Shown one piece after another: positions 39,170 through 51,132 of a stretch of DNA of 64,000 bases (position 1 is the first letter of the stretch; every line of letters begins with the position of its first letter). A program made the translations under genes and the position numbers. Source of the stretch: Camelus dromedarius. Taxonomy: Eukaryota. Where the stretch lies: positions 88,600,001 through 88,664,000 of the forward strand of contig NC_087437.1 in the NCBI RefSeq assembly GCF_036321535.1. The letters run 5' to 3'. The notes under the pieces were generated by a model. That model ran no database searches. It saw only the letters and a program-made list of their open reading frames with translations, and was not told the origin of the DNA.

Positions 39170-40890
39170 AATGTTTTGTTGTTTATAAGGCATGATTTTC
39201 TTCTAACATTTTAATAATTGATGGCAACTTAAAATCAGTGCTAGCTAAGTCTTCATGTAATTGCTATTTCCAGCACATATGGGAACTCTATCATGCCTAA
39301 TCATATTGTCACTTAAATTGAGTTATGTGCATTGCTGAAAATGTCATCAAAATGATTACTCTGATTCAGCATTGAAACAATAAGTTATTTTGTACATAGA
39401 AAGGCATGGAAACAGAGCAGTAGGACATGAATTTGATATTAAGGAAGCAAATATTCATCAGACGAGGAATGAATGCAATTCTATAGTTTCTAGCAAAGAA
39501 AAACCAAAAGCTTTAATGAGATCCAAGAATATCAGACCTGCATATATTTATTACTGAGATGTTTGTAAAACGATTGCAATCACAGACCAGGCAACTGAAG
39601 GAAAGGGAAATTTCCGTATACCTCAGAATAAATGAATGAACTTTCAAATCAATGAGAAGTTGGTGTGACCAATGCAATTGTTAACACAGAATTATTCTTA
39701 AAGTGCTTGACATTCATTTGTCAGAGACTTCAACTAACTGAATAGGAGTACTTTCACTTCCAGCAACATGCGATTCAGTTGAAGAAAACTGCATATAGAT
39801 TTAGTCAAGTAGGATAAGGTGATGAATCCTGCAGCTCTTTGACATGCCCCTAGACCAGACCATCAAGACCAAAGCACGAAAAGATGAAGATCATGAGCAT
39901 GGATGAAGAAAGGCGATGTATCACCATGAAGCAAGCTGTGCTTGTTGCCAACGGCCAAATGTTTCCTCCATGTTGAATTTTAACCTAAAAATACTTCTGA
40001 GGACTATCTCCTCAAAACCATTTCACGCACATACATAGGTGCATACACACATGTGCGCGTGCATATACACATGTGCGCGCACACACACACAGATGGTTGG
40101 AAAATTACTGAGCTATTAGACTGGATATATGTTTTCTAGAAGAGACACTTAGGAACCTTTCTTAAGGAGTATCCATATTTTACTTCTTGATTTTAGTTAG
40201 TGGATGTGCATTGGACCAGTTTTAAAATACAATTATCCAAAACTATGATGTCTTAGTTGTTATTGCTGCCAGTGTGAGTGGACAATTGCAATTGCAACCT
40301 CATGATTTTCATTCAACCAGCCATGTAAGCACCATTTAAAGAAGGGCATGAGCCCTTGTTGCTGAAAGAATACTATCTATTAACACCTGCTGGTAAGATG
40401 AATGTAGCGTCAGATATCAAAACCTGCTGAATGGGAGTCAAGAGTCTAGATGAATATTTTGAAGAAAACAGTGAAGATGTAAGAAATAACTGTGCATCAG
40501 AAACGCACTTAGTGGGACAGAAGATGATTATTGGGGTGTAAACACGCTCATGGATGAGTAAGTCAAAAAGATTCAAACGAGTAGGCTCTGAAAGTAAACC
40601 TAATTTAGGAATTCCATATCAATTGAATTGAGACTTAGAAAATTATGTATCCTCCTCAAAGCAATACAGTCTGCTTATATTTTCCTTTAAATGTATGCAT
40701 AAATTATATTTAAAAATTCTTGTACATCTAAAAAAGTCTAAAAGAGCTCTTTCAACAAATATAAAATGAAAATATTTATGTTTCAGGAAAGCTTGTCATA
40801 GTTTAATTGGCAGATTTTTTTCCTTCACAATCACGCACAAAAAAAGATACTTCTGAGAATCGATGGCATCTTAGATTAAATAAAGTACTA
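39170..40890 (+). mobile_element. Near full-length TcMar-Tc2 (Kanga1-like) DNA transposon fossil with a disrupted pogo-like transposase
   Basis: Translatable remnants DSALKQ*VILYIERHGNRAVGHEFDIKEANI, FSQVG*GDE, FDMP, ANGQMFPP, VIAASVSGQLQLQPHD, LLTPAGK, CIRNALSGTEDD; right end atcgatggcatcttagatt...TA. Confidence 0.8.
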
Positions 40891-40939
40891 TAACAGGGAT
40901 TTTTGCAACGTCACTTGTCACTTTTTTCCTGTATACTCT

Positions 40940-43400
40940 CACTCATCCATCCATTTGTGCAACCCATAAAAAGTAACAATTTTGTTCTAGGAATTCTACT
41001 AAAAACTAAGGATAAAAAGACTAATGAGGCATAGTCTTGTGATTAATGTGTTCATAGGGAGGGAGAGAAGAAATGAATAATTATAATATAGGTGGTAAAC
41101 ACTGTAGTAGAGGTATGTACAGAAAATGCTATTATTGGAGTAATTATGAAGAAGTCACTGGCTCTGCCTGGGAGATTCTGAGCAAACTTAACAGAAGAGA
41201 GATTAGGGATTAAATCGTCACTAAGTGTTTATTAGACCAAGAAAGGAATATATTTTGAGCAGAGGGAACAATATATGCAAAGTGGTGAAGTGTCCTAGAA
41301 TGTTCAACAAATAGTGTGAACATCCAAGTGACAGAAATACCAGACTCAGAAGAATTAGAGGGGTAAATTAAAACCAGATTTTGAAGTATCTTGTTTGCAA
41401 TGATGAGAGTATAGTAACTGGAATCACTGAAGAATTTTTGCCAGCATTTGATGCATTTACTTTTTAAATTTCTTTTTATTGTGGTCAAGTATACATAACA
41501 TAAAATTGATCACTTTAACCATTTTAAAGTGTACAGCTCTGCAGTATTAAGTCCATTCATACTGTGGTGCTAACTTTATGTTTGAAAAGGTAATCTTGTG
41601 GCAGATAAACTGAAGTATAAAGCTACTGGATAAAAAAATGAATATTTCAGTTGAGATGTTGAGTTGACCAAAATTAGAATCGGAGTCTGGTAGATAGGGA
41701 CAATTAAGATAAAGTTTGTAGGAGGAAGATTATTTAGGGGGAATGCATATGAATCCACTGTAGATACGCTATGTTTGATACGTTTATGAGACATCTATGG
41801 GAAGCTCTCCAGCACAGAATTGGAAATACAGCCCAGAGCTTAGAGAAGATGTGGAGCTAGAGCCATTAGCCTTGTCGAAGGAACTTTCTTAAGGAACATG
41901 CAAGAAAGTGGAGAAAATGTAACCAAGGACAGAACGTTGATGAAACCCAGCATTTAAGAGCTCACTGAGAACAAGGAGTCAACAAAGGAGACCATGAAGG
42001 AATAGCAGAGAGAAGAATTAAGAGAGACACTGTAAACACCAAGTAAAGAAGGTATTTCAAGTGACAAGAGCATCTATAGGTATCAAATATTAATACTCAA
42101 ACAGGGTAATGCATTTAAAATAGTACGTTGAATTTGACAACTAGAAGGACATTGGTGACTCTAGAAAGGGCAATTCTAGAGGATAATTGGGGATGAGGTT
42201 ATGGGCAGAAGTGGATTATACTGGGTTGAAGAACAATAGTAGCAATAATAAGAATAAGAAATGAAAGAATAAGAATAATGATAGATGATACTTATGGAGA
42301 ACTTACACAGTGCAGGCATTGCACAAGTGTTAGGTGCCATTATGACATGTAATCCCTCTAACAGATTGTCACAGTAGGCATTAAAATTTTATAGACTTAG
42401 AAAAGTTATATAATTTGCCCAAGGCCATACAGCTTTCCATAGCCTTCTATAAAGGTTAAGGCCAGGTTCATACCACTCTGTATACCATTGACAAGGAGTA
42501 AGTAGGAACTTAGGACATTTACAAAAGTAAGTACAAAGTGTTCTTTCAAGAAGTTTGATCACAAAAGGAAGGAAGGTGATAGTTCAGTCACTGGAGGAGG
42601 TAGTAATATTGAGGCAAGTTTTTTTTTTTCCCCAGAGGGAAAGGGGTTGGGGTGGGAGGCAGTTGTTTTTAGATTGAAGAAGACAAATTATTTTAATTAG
42701 GTAAGTAAAACAGAGTTTCAATAATCTAAAAGGGAAAGAGGACAATTAGAGGAATGAGGTCTCAGAGAAAAAAAGAGAATAAAATTTCCAATTCATGGGT
42801 CAAAGTTTACTCTTTGAGAATAGGAAGATTCTGAACTCATAGACAAAAAGGGAAAAAAAGAATGTGTGGCATTATATATAGATACCTGAGCATGATGGAG
42901 GAGTTACAGAGTTTTTGACTGATACTGATCTCTTTTAACAGTGTAGGATATGTTCTGGGATTTGAAGAGTAAACATTTACAACAGATTTCTCAAGGAACT
43001 GAAAAAGAAGTGTAACAGTAGGCACCTTAGTGGTGCAGTTCAAATTAGAAACCATAACTGTGTGCAGAACGTCAATAAACATCGTCCTGTGATTCTTCAT
43101 TGTCAGTGTGTGAGGCATTGGTAATCATAGAGAATTGAAGGTGGGCTGTATTGACCCAAGTGGATCCAAGTGGATAGTGACTGGTTCCTGAAGGTGTAGT
43201 AGAAAGATGAAAAAGGGAGAGAATTTATCAAAGTGATGAAAATGCCACTAGGGTGAAATTAGCACAGAGTTGCTAAGCAGGGTGAGATTAATTAGAGAAT
43301 CTCTAGTTGGAGGTCAATGCAGAAATGCAGTGTAGACCAAGAGACTGAGAAATATGAAGTGATAGGTGATTGTAAGAATGCCAGCATTTCAGAGTTTAAC
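40940..43400 (-). mobile_element. Long fragmented L2, interrupted by an L1MB-like 3' fragment (~41460-41575, minus) and a MIR (~42275-42490, minus)
   Basis: Reverse L2 phrases (gcagagggaacaatatatgcaaag; ttgaatttgacaactagaaggacattggtgactct), L1 tail tttattgtggtcaagtatacataacataaaattg, MIR ataatttgcccaaggccatacagc. Confidence 0.7.
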
Positions 43401-44589
43401 CTTTCAGAATCACACGTGAGAGTTAACTAGTTCAAGTGTTCCATCTTGAAAGAACTTTGCTAAAGAAGGAAGAATGAGAAATACCCAATTTAATATTGTG
43501 CCTAGTAAAGTAAATAGGATTTTTAAATAATTTGATTTGTACTCCTGGTTGAATAATTTTTCCAGTATATCATTCAAAAGCGGCTTTGACAGTGAAAAAT
43601 AATTTGCAATACAGCTCCAATGAAAACACACAGATTCCTGTGTCTAACTTTTAATTTCAGGAAAAGCGATCTTTTTTCTCACCCTTCTCTGGAGCAGCCC
43701 CTTTACTAGTAGACAGGACTGAGACCTGTACCTCTTGTATTGCAAACTCTGGTTACAATGTGGCTGCTGCTGTTAACTCTGCTTCTAGAAGTCTGTGTTT
43801 CCTTCCAGGTTAAAACTTAGATCTATGAGAACATAACCATTACTCTTCCTCAAGGGTTAATTTTTGTATTCATGATCAGTCAGTGATGGTTGGCAATCAT
43901 TTTCAAAGAAATTTGTTCATAGTTTCATCTTGTTACTATGAAGGCAATGCTTAAGTATTTGCATAGCATCAATTTGCATAATGTACTCCATCAGCATTTA
44001 TGTGACGTTTTATTATTTCATCTCTTCTATTGTTTCCTCACCCTTTGCCTTTAATTGTTACATTTTTTTAAGTTTGTTTCAATGACAAAGCCACCAAAGA
44101 TGGAGCATAAACAAATATCCATGCCTACCCACTATTCAGTACTTTCCTATTTAAATAAAGTTCTGGGTAATAAGGCAAGAGATTTTTTATTTAGTTGCAT
44201 CTGATTCATGTTTTTTGTCTTAATCAAAAGTATAGAAACAACTTAAAAACTGAAATCCATACATCATCAGTTAACCTGAATGTATACATTTTCTTCAAAG
44301 CTAACTTACTCTACAATAACTCATATGTAGCAAGATGGGCTCTTAACATGCTTCCTAACCAGTTCAGGCACTACTTATCACAAGTTCTTTCCTGATTTTC
44401 CCAGGCACTGTTAATTACCTCGCTGTCCGTGTTCTCAAACAACTCTGCTCATATATGTCATTTATCACATTGCATTGTACAGTCTATCTACAGGTCTGAA
44501 CCTTTCTTTAGACTTTGAGGATCTTATTTATCTTTGAATCCACAAAAGCAATAAATGTGTGACTCAGATTCCATGTGTTCAAACAAGCT

Positions 44590-44830
44590 TTTAAACATTG
44601 GACTTACAGTATAAATTATATAAAGAAAACTTTGTAAATCCTAGGTGTACAACTTGATGAATCATAAAGTGTACCCAACTTTGGTTATGAAATGACCCCC
44701 CAGAATACTCTCAGTCACCGAGTCTGCTCAGAGGGTCCCTTCAGACCCCTTAGAGTCACTAAATCTTCCCCTTGTCCAAAAGTAATCACATTCAGATGTC
44801 TAACAGTATAGAATCGTTTTGTAATAAATA
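44590..44830 (-). mobile_element. Old L1 3' fragment
   Basis: aaatcctaggtgtacaacttgatgaat...aaaagtaatcacattcagatgtctaacagtatag. Confidence 0.55.
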
Positions 44831-45074
44831 GTAAGAAACTGTTTCATGTAGTTTTTGTGATCTTAGGTAATTTGGGGGTAAGTGAATTTGCACCTTCTTA
44901 CTTTTTCTCTTTATTTTATATATGTATGAATAAAACACAAAAAGACAAGTTCTCAACCCAGAATAATTCAAATTTAACTATACCAATTAAAGTGTCAATA
45001 ATGCTTATCTAATTTGAACACTCAACATGTATGACATTCTAAAAAGTAACTGACAGTCATTTATCTTCCAGGAA

Positions 45075-45432
45075 CAGAGAAACAGATATGCCCCAGTGTG
45101 ACAGTATTTGGAGGAGAGGCTTTTGCAAGGTAACTGGGTTTAGATGAGGACACGAGGATTGGGTCCTTGTGATGCGATCAGTGCCCTTGTAAGACAAGAC
45201 ACCAGAAAGGTCTCTCTCTCTTTCTCGTCTTGTACACACAAAGAAGAGGTCACGTGAGGACACAGTGTGAAGACAGCCACTTGCAAGCCAGAAAGAGTTC
45301 TCTCACCAAAACCCGGTCATGCTACTCTCAGACTTCCAACCTCCAGGACTATGACAAATACATTTCTATTATTTAAGAAATACATTTCTATTCTATGGTA
45401 TTTTGTTATGGCAGCCAGAGAAAGCTAAGACA
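45075..45432 (+). mobile_element. MaLR solo LTR, MLT1A-like
   Basis: cagtgtgacagtatttggagg...tcacgtgaggacacagtg...tatggtattttgttatggcagcc...ctaagaca. Confidence 0.85.
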
Positions 45433-45701
45433 ATGGTATTTATAAATGTTCATGGTGTTCATGGTATTTGGATCTTTGGGTTTCCTGTATATGCATAATA
45501 ATATTTCAGTGTCCCAGAATGTGTATAGGAAATGTACATGAAGCCCTGCTCTGTCTTGCCACAGCTAGTATGTGTATCATTTTCTAAAAACAAATTGAAT
45601 TTTGCAACTGAGAGTTTGGTGATACTTCCTTTTTCCAGTGTTCATGATACAATTAAACATTAATAAATTTAATCGAATTTAGATTATGTCTTCCACCTAG
45701 A

Positions 45702-45901
45702 GCGGTAGTTCTCAGTGAGGGTGATTTTGACCCTCAGGAGACATTTTTGGTTGTCACAACCATGGTGTGTAGGGTGGAGGGTGCTAATGAAATCTAATGG
45801 GTAGAATCTAGAGATGCTGCTAAACATTCTATAATACAAGGTACGGTCCCCCACAGCAAAGTACCATATGGCTCTAAATGTCAACAGATTGAAAACGCCT
45901 G
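45702..45901 (+). mobile_element. MER20 (hAT-Charlie MITE)
   Basis: gtagttctcag...ggagacatttttggttgtcacaac...gatgctgctaaacattctataatacaagg...aaatgtcaa. Confidence 0.85.
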
Positions 45902-48900
45902 ATTAAAAGAAATTTCATCAAAATAATTTTACTTTATATTAGCTTTGCTATTTTTTGGATTTTTGTGATGCTTAAGCTTTAACAAATTTTGAATTACACA
46001 CTTGTGTCATTTTTGTTTTGCTTTCCATTTTTAATTTCAGGGGGAATAATATTAGTTTAAGGAAAATTAAGGGAAATTAAACTAGAAACACTTGGAGAAA
46101 TTCAGGAACCAAAAATGCTCAAACATTTCTTGTATACTCTGTCTTGTAAATTTCAAGGAAAAGGCTGCCTTGGTTTAAATGTGCTTTCAGCCATACTCAG
46201 TTCCAGTAGATAATATTTACAATAATAATCATGGATATTCTGAATCACCAAGGAACATTTTTCACCTCTTATTAACACTATTGCATTTTATTTCATGAAC
46301 TAAGATACCACATTCTAAATGATTGTTTTCTTAAACTTCAGTTTAACTATATTTGCATTCTCTGTGCAAGTTAGCAATATCTGAAAACAATTTTTCTAGC
46401 AGAAAGGATATAGTAGCTTAATCTTTAGAGGATAAGTCATGGACTATTTCTATACCTGAATGTTTGCTTTTTAAAATGGTTCCCTATAAGCAGTGACTCT
46501 ATGACTTCAACCAATGGTGTCACTTTGGCAGAAAAATGCTGCTGTTTACTTCTTATCACACTTTATAATAAGGCATGGATATTAGTAAAGAATGAGAGGA
46601 GGCAAGAGGCAAAGAAAGAGCAGCAGAAGAGACAGATTACACGGAGCTGTCTGTATTATCACCCTGAAGTCAGTAGGGAAGGCTGCTAAATGCTCTTACA
46701 ACTGTAATAGCCTATCTTATGTTAATTCTAGCCTGAAGCTTCCTGACACTACTTGTTCAGAGATAATGGGGACAAAACTACTTTTTTTTTTTCTTTTCTG
46801 GTTGAACAGCAGATTTTTTTTCCCTGCAAGATGTCAGATAAATTAAGCAGTCTTTGCAAACAGCAATACAAAAGCCTTTTGCTTTGTAGGAATTCCCAGT
46901 AATAACATGCAAGAGTTATTACCCCTGATACTTAGTAGATTTTTTAATGGCTAGCAATAATCGTTTTGATTGAATATTGGCTTATAATAGGCTTGTAAAG
47001 GAATTCAAGCACCCTTAACTGCTTTAAACCTTAGCTTCATGTGCCTCAGGAAAATCCTTGCAACAATAGATCTTGGAGTCATTAACATGGAAATATTTTA
47101 TAAAAATCAAAGTTAATACCTATTAACCTCAAAAGATGAAGCCAATTAAAAACAGACTCTTTATGTTAAATTTTAATACTTCAATATATGATTGATTCTC
47201 TTCTTTGAAAAGAGATTATTTTTTGGCAAGTTGCAGTTTAATTTCCTTGGACATTCAACTTTTTAAGCAAAGAAATTTCATAATTTTCATAATTCCCAGT
47301 ACACAGATCCACTGGGATTTTATGTGTTGAATGCTTCATCTAAATATTCCAGATTCCTTCAACCAATTGGGAAAAAATTGGGGATGTTTATTAAATGAAA
47401 ATATGTTGTTTGAAATATTGGACAGCAAGGTTGTTTAAATATTTTGTCTGATATTTATGTCTCCTCAGTGAGAGTGCTTATAGGCTATATTCTGTTTTTC
47501 TAGACTTTGAGAGTGAGAAGGAAATACTCCAGAGGCTAATCTACTGAAAAATATGTGAAGTGATTCTACTCTGAGGCTGTAGAATCCACTAAAACTCAGC
47601 TTCCATGGCATGAAGGTCTGCAAGAGAAGCAGGACTGAGGCTAGATTGGACTCTGAAGAATTATGAAAAATGATTTCTTGCTTTTTGTTTTATCACTTCC
47701 TATCTATCAGGGCAGGACAGTATCAGTAATTGAAATACACACTAGTTGAGACCCTGGAGTGTTTCTGCCCAAAGGACACCACAGCATAAAGCTGTGGGGA
47801 AGAAGGTTGTAAACTGAAAGGTCTGCATCTGCTACTCGTAGCCTCCTTTGAAACCACTGATGGTTAAAAAAAAAAAAAAAAAGACAAAAGCTCTTAGATT
47901 GCCAAAGAATTTCCATTAGTATCAGGGTTTTTATTTAAAGGCACTAAATAGAGCACTCTGGATTACTCTTGCTACTCTCCCATGTAGATTTTAATATTTC
48001 TTTAGTTTTCATTGGTAGATGATTTTGATTCTATTCTATATGTGGAGTATTAAAATACTTACCATGTCTTTAGAATATGGAAAGAGTTCATTGCCATCCT
48101 GAAGGTATACGATCTCACCACTACATAAGCTTTGTTAGGTCGGGAAACCATATGATAGGCCTTTATGAAATAGTTACTGAATTAGTAAAGAGATGCTCAC
48201 ATATTCTTGCCCATTTGAACAGACCACTTGATTGAAACAGTGCTGGAAAAAAATGGATTAAAAACCAATTGGTCATAGTTTTAGGGTATACTTTCTGGCT
48301 TGTATGTACAAAATCAATGGCAATGACCCGTAATCAATAGAATATGTGTGTTAAATGATTTCCCAGTGCTGGTGGTGTTGGGTTATGCCAATCCTTTACT
48401 GATCATAAGGGCACAATGGCTTCTGGGGCTGATAGTAGGATCTGTCACCTTAAAATACAACCAATGGAGTAGGGGAAACTAACTGCTCATGGTATAAATC
48501 AAACATATGACTTAAGACTAGTATCATATTCCATGTAGGCATTTAAACATAATAGGAAATTCCAGATTATCCACAACATTCATATTGATGAGTGATCACC
48601 TGTCTGAACATTTCCCCCTCCGCAGGCTTGGTCTCCCCATCCCTCCGTAGTTTCTTTCCCTGCCACTCTGCTGTAGCTTGGGACTACAAGCTTGCCTTCT
48701 TCCCACCACACACCCGCTATGGTGCTGTCTCAGGCCAGACTCTTTGCTGACACCTGCACTAATAGCAGGGTAGATTATCTACTCTTCTTAATTAGCTCTC
48801 CCACTGCTCGCCTCCATTAGCTTGGATAATTGACTGTATGTATAACGTTCATAAGCAGAACCATGTGCTATAGAAAAAAAATTCAGGGAAAGAAAAAAAT

Positions 48901-51097
48901 GAATCTTTAGTTTGTATAAGATTAGCTATATGTGGTGTCAGACGTTGTGTGGCATCTGGAGTTTTGGGGACAGCATCTGCTTTTCCTTTGTTGGGAAAGT
49001 CATTAAGAATGTGGAATGAGATTTTACAAAGGGTAGGAGGAAGTATTGCATAAATTTTTCATTAAGAGGGCATTGAAGAAAGAGTTTCAGTGAGGGGAAG
49101 GGGCACTCTTATAAGACAGGAAGCAGCAAATGATGAAAACTGAAGAAGAGCAAAACGATTGGCCATGAGTTACAGAGCCACCGAGGAGACCTGGAGAGGA
49201 TCGGGGTGTGGATTCTGTGGAAACTGGTGATCAACAGAACAATTACTGAAGGAAAGAAATATCTTTTCCATATTCTTCTAGTCAGTACTATAGATTGCCC
49301 CTGCAGTTTTTGTCCCTGTGACGTAGGTAGTCATCCCTATTATATGACCAACAAATCCAAGTATTAAATAGATTTAGCAATTTTCCCCCAGTTGACAAGT
49401 GATAAGACCGGAATTTAAAGCCACAGAGTATGGTGCTTGAAGATGCACGGTGATTCAGCAGGCTGTTTGAACCATTTGGACTATTTCAAAAATAATAGCT
49501 CAAAGTTGCATTGCTTTAAAAGCAAACAAATAACAACAGCAAATGCAAATAATGTGAAATGATTACTGCAAGTCTATATTACCTTGACTAAATAAATAGT
49601 GAATATATATAAGGAGAGTGAAAATGAAAGTAAATTTGTGATTTAGTTGTTACAGTACTTAAAAAGCAAAGAAATCTCAGGAATACTTAGATTGGAAACA
49701 GGATTAGGGAAATGGTCAGCTGTAAGATAATAATCCTACATTTCATCTTTGTGTTAGTTCAAATAATACTTTGAACTTGTTTAATTTTGCCTATTTTCAA
49801 ATTAATTCTCATAATAAAGATAAAGGTCATTTATATACTTAACTAACATTAGCCCCTAGATGGCCTAAGACTTTCTGGTATGTTATTATTGAGGTTTTAG
49901 GAAAAAAGGCAAAATTTGGCTGACATGCTTCCTATGAGTTGATCTCAGAAAAAAATGAGTATACACAAAAGAAAGTGCACTTTGAAGTGACTTATTAATT
50001 GATATGCTATGAGATATAGTTGCTTAAAGCCCTTTTGAAATTTCAGATTTCATCTTGCTCTGTTTGTTTTCATGCGGGTAGAAGTGTTTGAAGCCGGAAG
50101 GTTTTCATTTGTGTTTCTGCTGACTTGCACATTTCACACAATAGGCCTTGTTATTAAGGGCCTGATCATGGTCAGTGCAATTTGCAGTGTTAGCTAATTT
50201 TTGAAACTAGCAGTGAATTTGAAATTAATTGCAGACTATTTTGGGTTCATTAGTGTCCATGAAGGTTTTTATGCCTGTTTGTTTGTCTTTAATTGAGTAG
50301 AGGGGACAAAAAGAACAAAGGCTGCTTTCCCTTATAGGCAGAAATAAAATGATATAATCTGCGCCTGAACGAGTGATGATCGTAGTGGCAAAGACAGTAT
50401 AATCCAATGATTTGGCAACGAGGGAGCATACACACCTATCCTGCTTGCTCTTTGTACATCCCAAAGCATGGAATAAGAGGGGCAATGGTAAAATAATTAA
50501 GCGACAAAAACCAAAAAATACAAGCTTTGCAATTTCATGCACATTTACCAAAGGGGGTCCAGGTTCTAAGCATTCCATGTAATCAAATAATTTATTAGGT
50601 TTGTGAGGTTAACTGCTTACAGCTAAACAACTTGTAGCCTAATTGCTTCTCATACTAGAGTAGAGTTAGAAATGTCTTTCTGCCCCCTGATCCCCAGAGC
50701 GGGAAACCCAGCCTCAGGCATTGCATGTGCTACACAGGAACAGCAGGTAGCATAATTCAGCCATGTCAAATTAATGTTGCTATCCTGGGACATAGATAGC
50801 ATAATGAAGGAAGAATAAGGACATTTAGGAGAGAGAGTCCTTCAGCAGGACATCCCTTCTGGTTTCTATTTATGTGCAGACAATAATGATTCATTTCCCA
50901 CTAAAAACAATATTCTGGACATTAATTTTGAGAGACGAGATGTAAGTTTTAGATTCATCCATTAATTCTTCTTCAATATTTGGTTAATTCTCTGTAGTAG
51001 GTCTCTTAAGTTTCCAAAAGGCGTCGAGGGGGAGGTGTATGTGTGTACAGCATTGTGTAAAACTTGAGCAAGGAATTATTAAACTGAATATGTTTTC

Positions 51098-51132
51098 TGT
51101 GTGTGTGTGTGTGTGTGTGCATGTGTGTGTGT
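51098..51132. repeat. (TG)n microsatellite with one CA interruption
   Basis: Directly visible. Confidence 0.9.

Noticed and set aside
48672..48695. Alu-like gtagcttgggactacaagc
   Set aside because: Only ~19 nt of similarity with no flanking Alu structure
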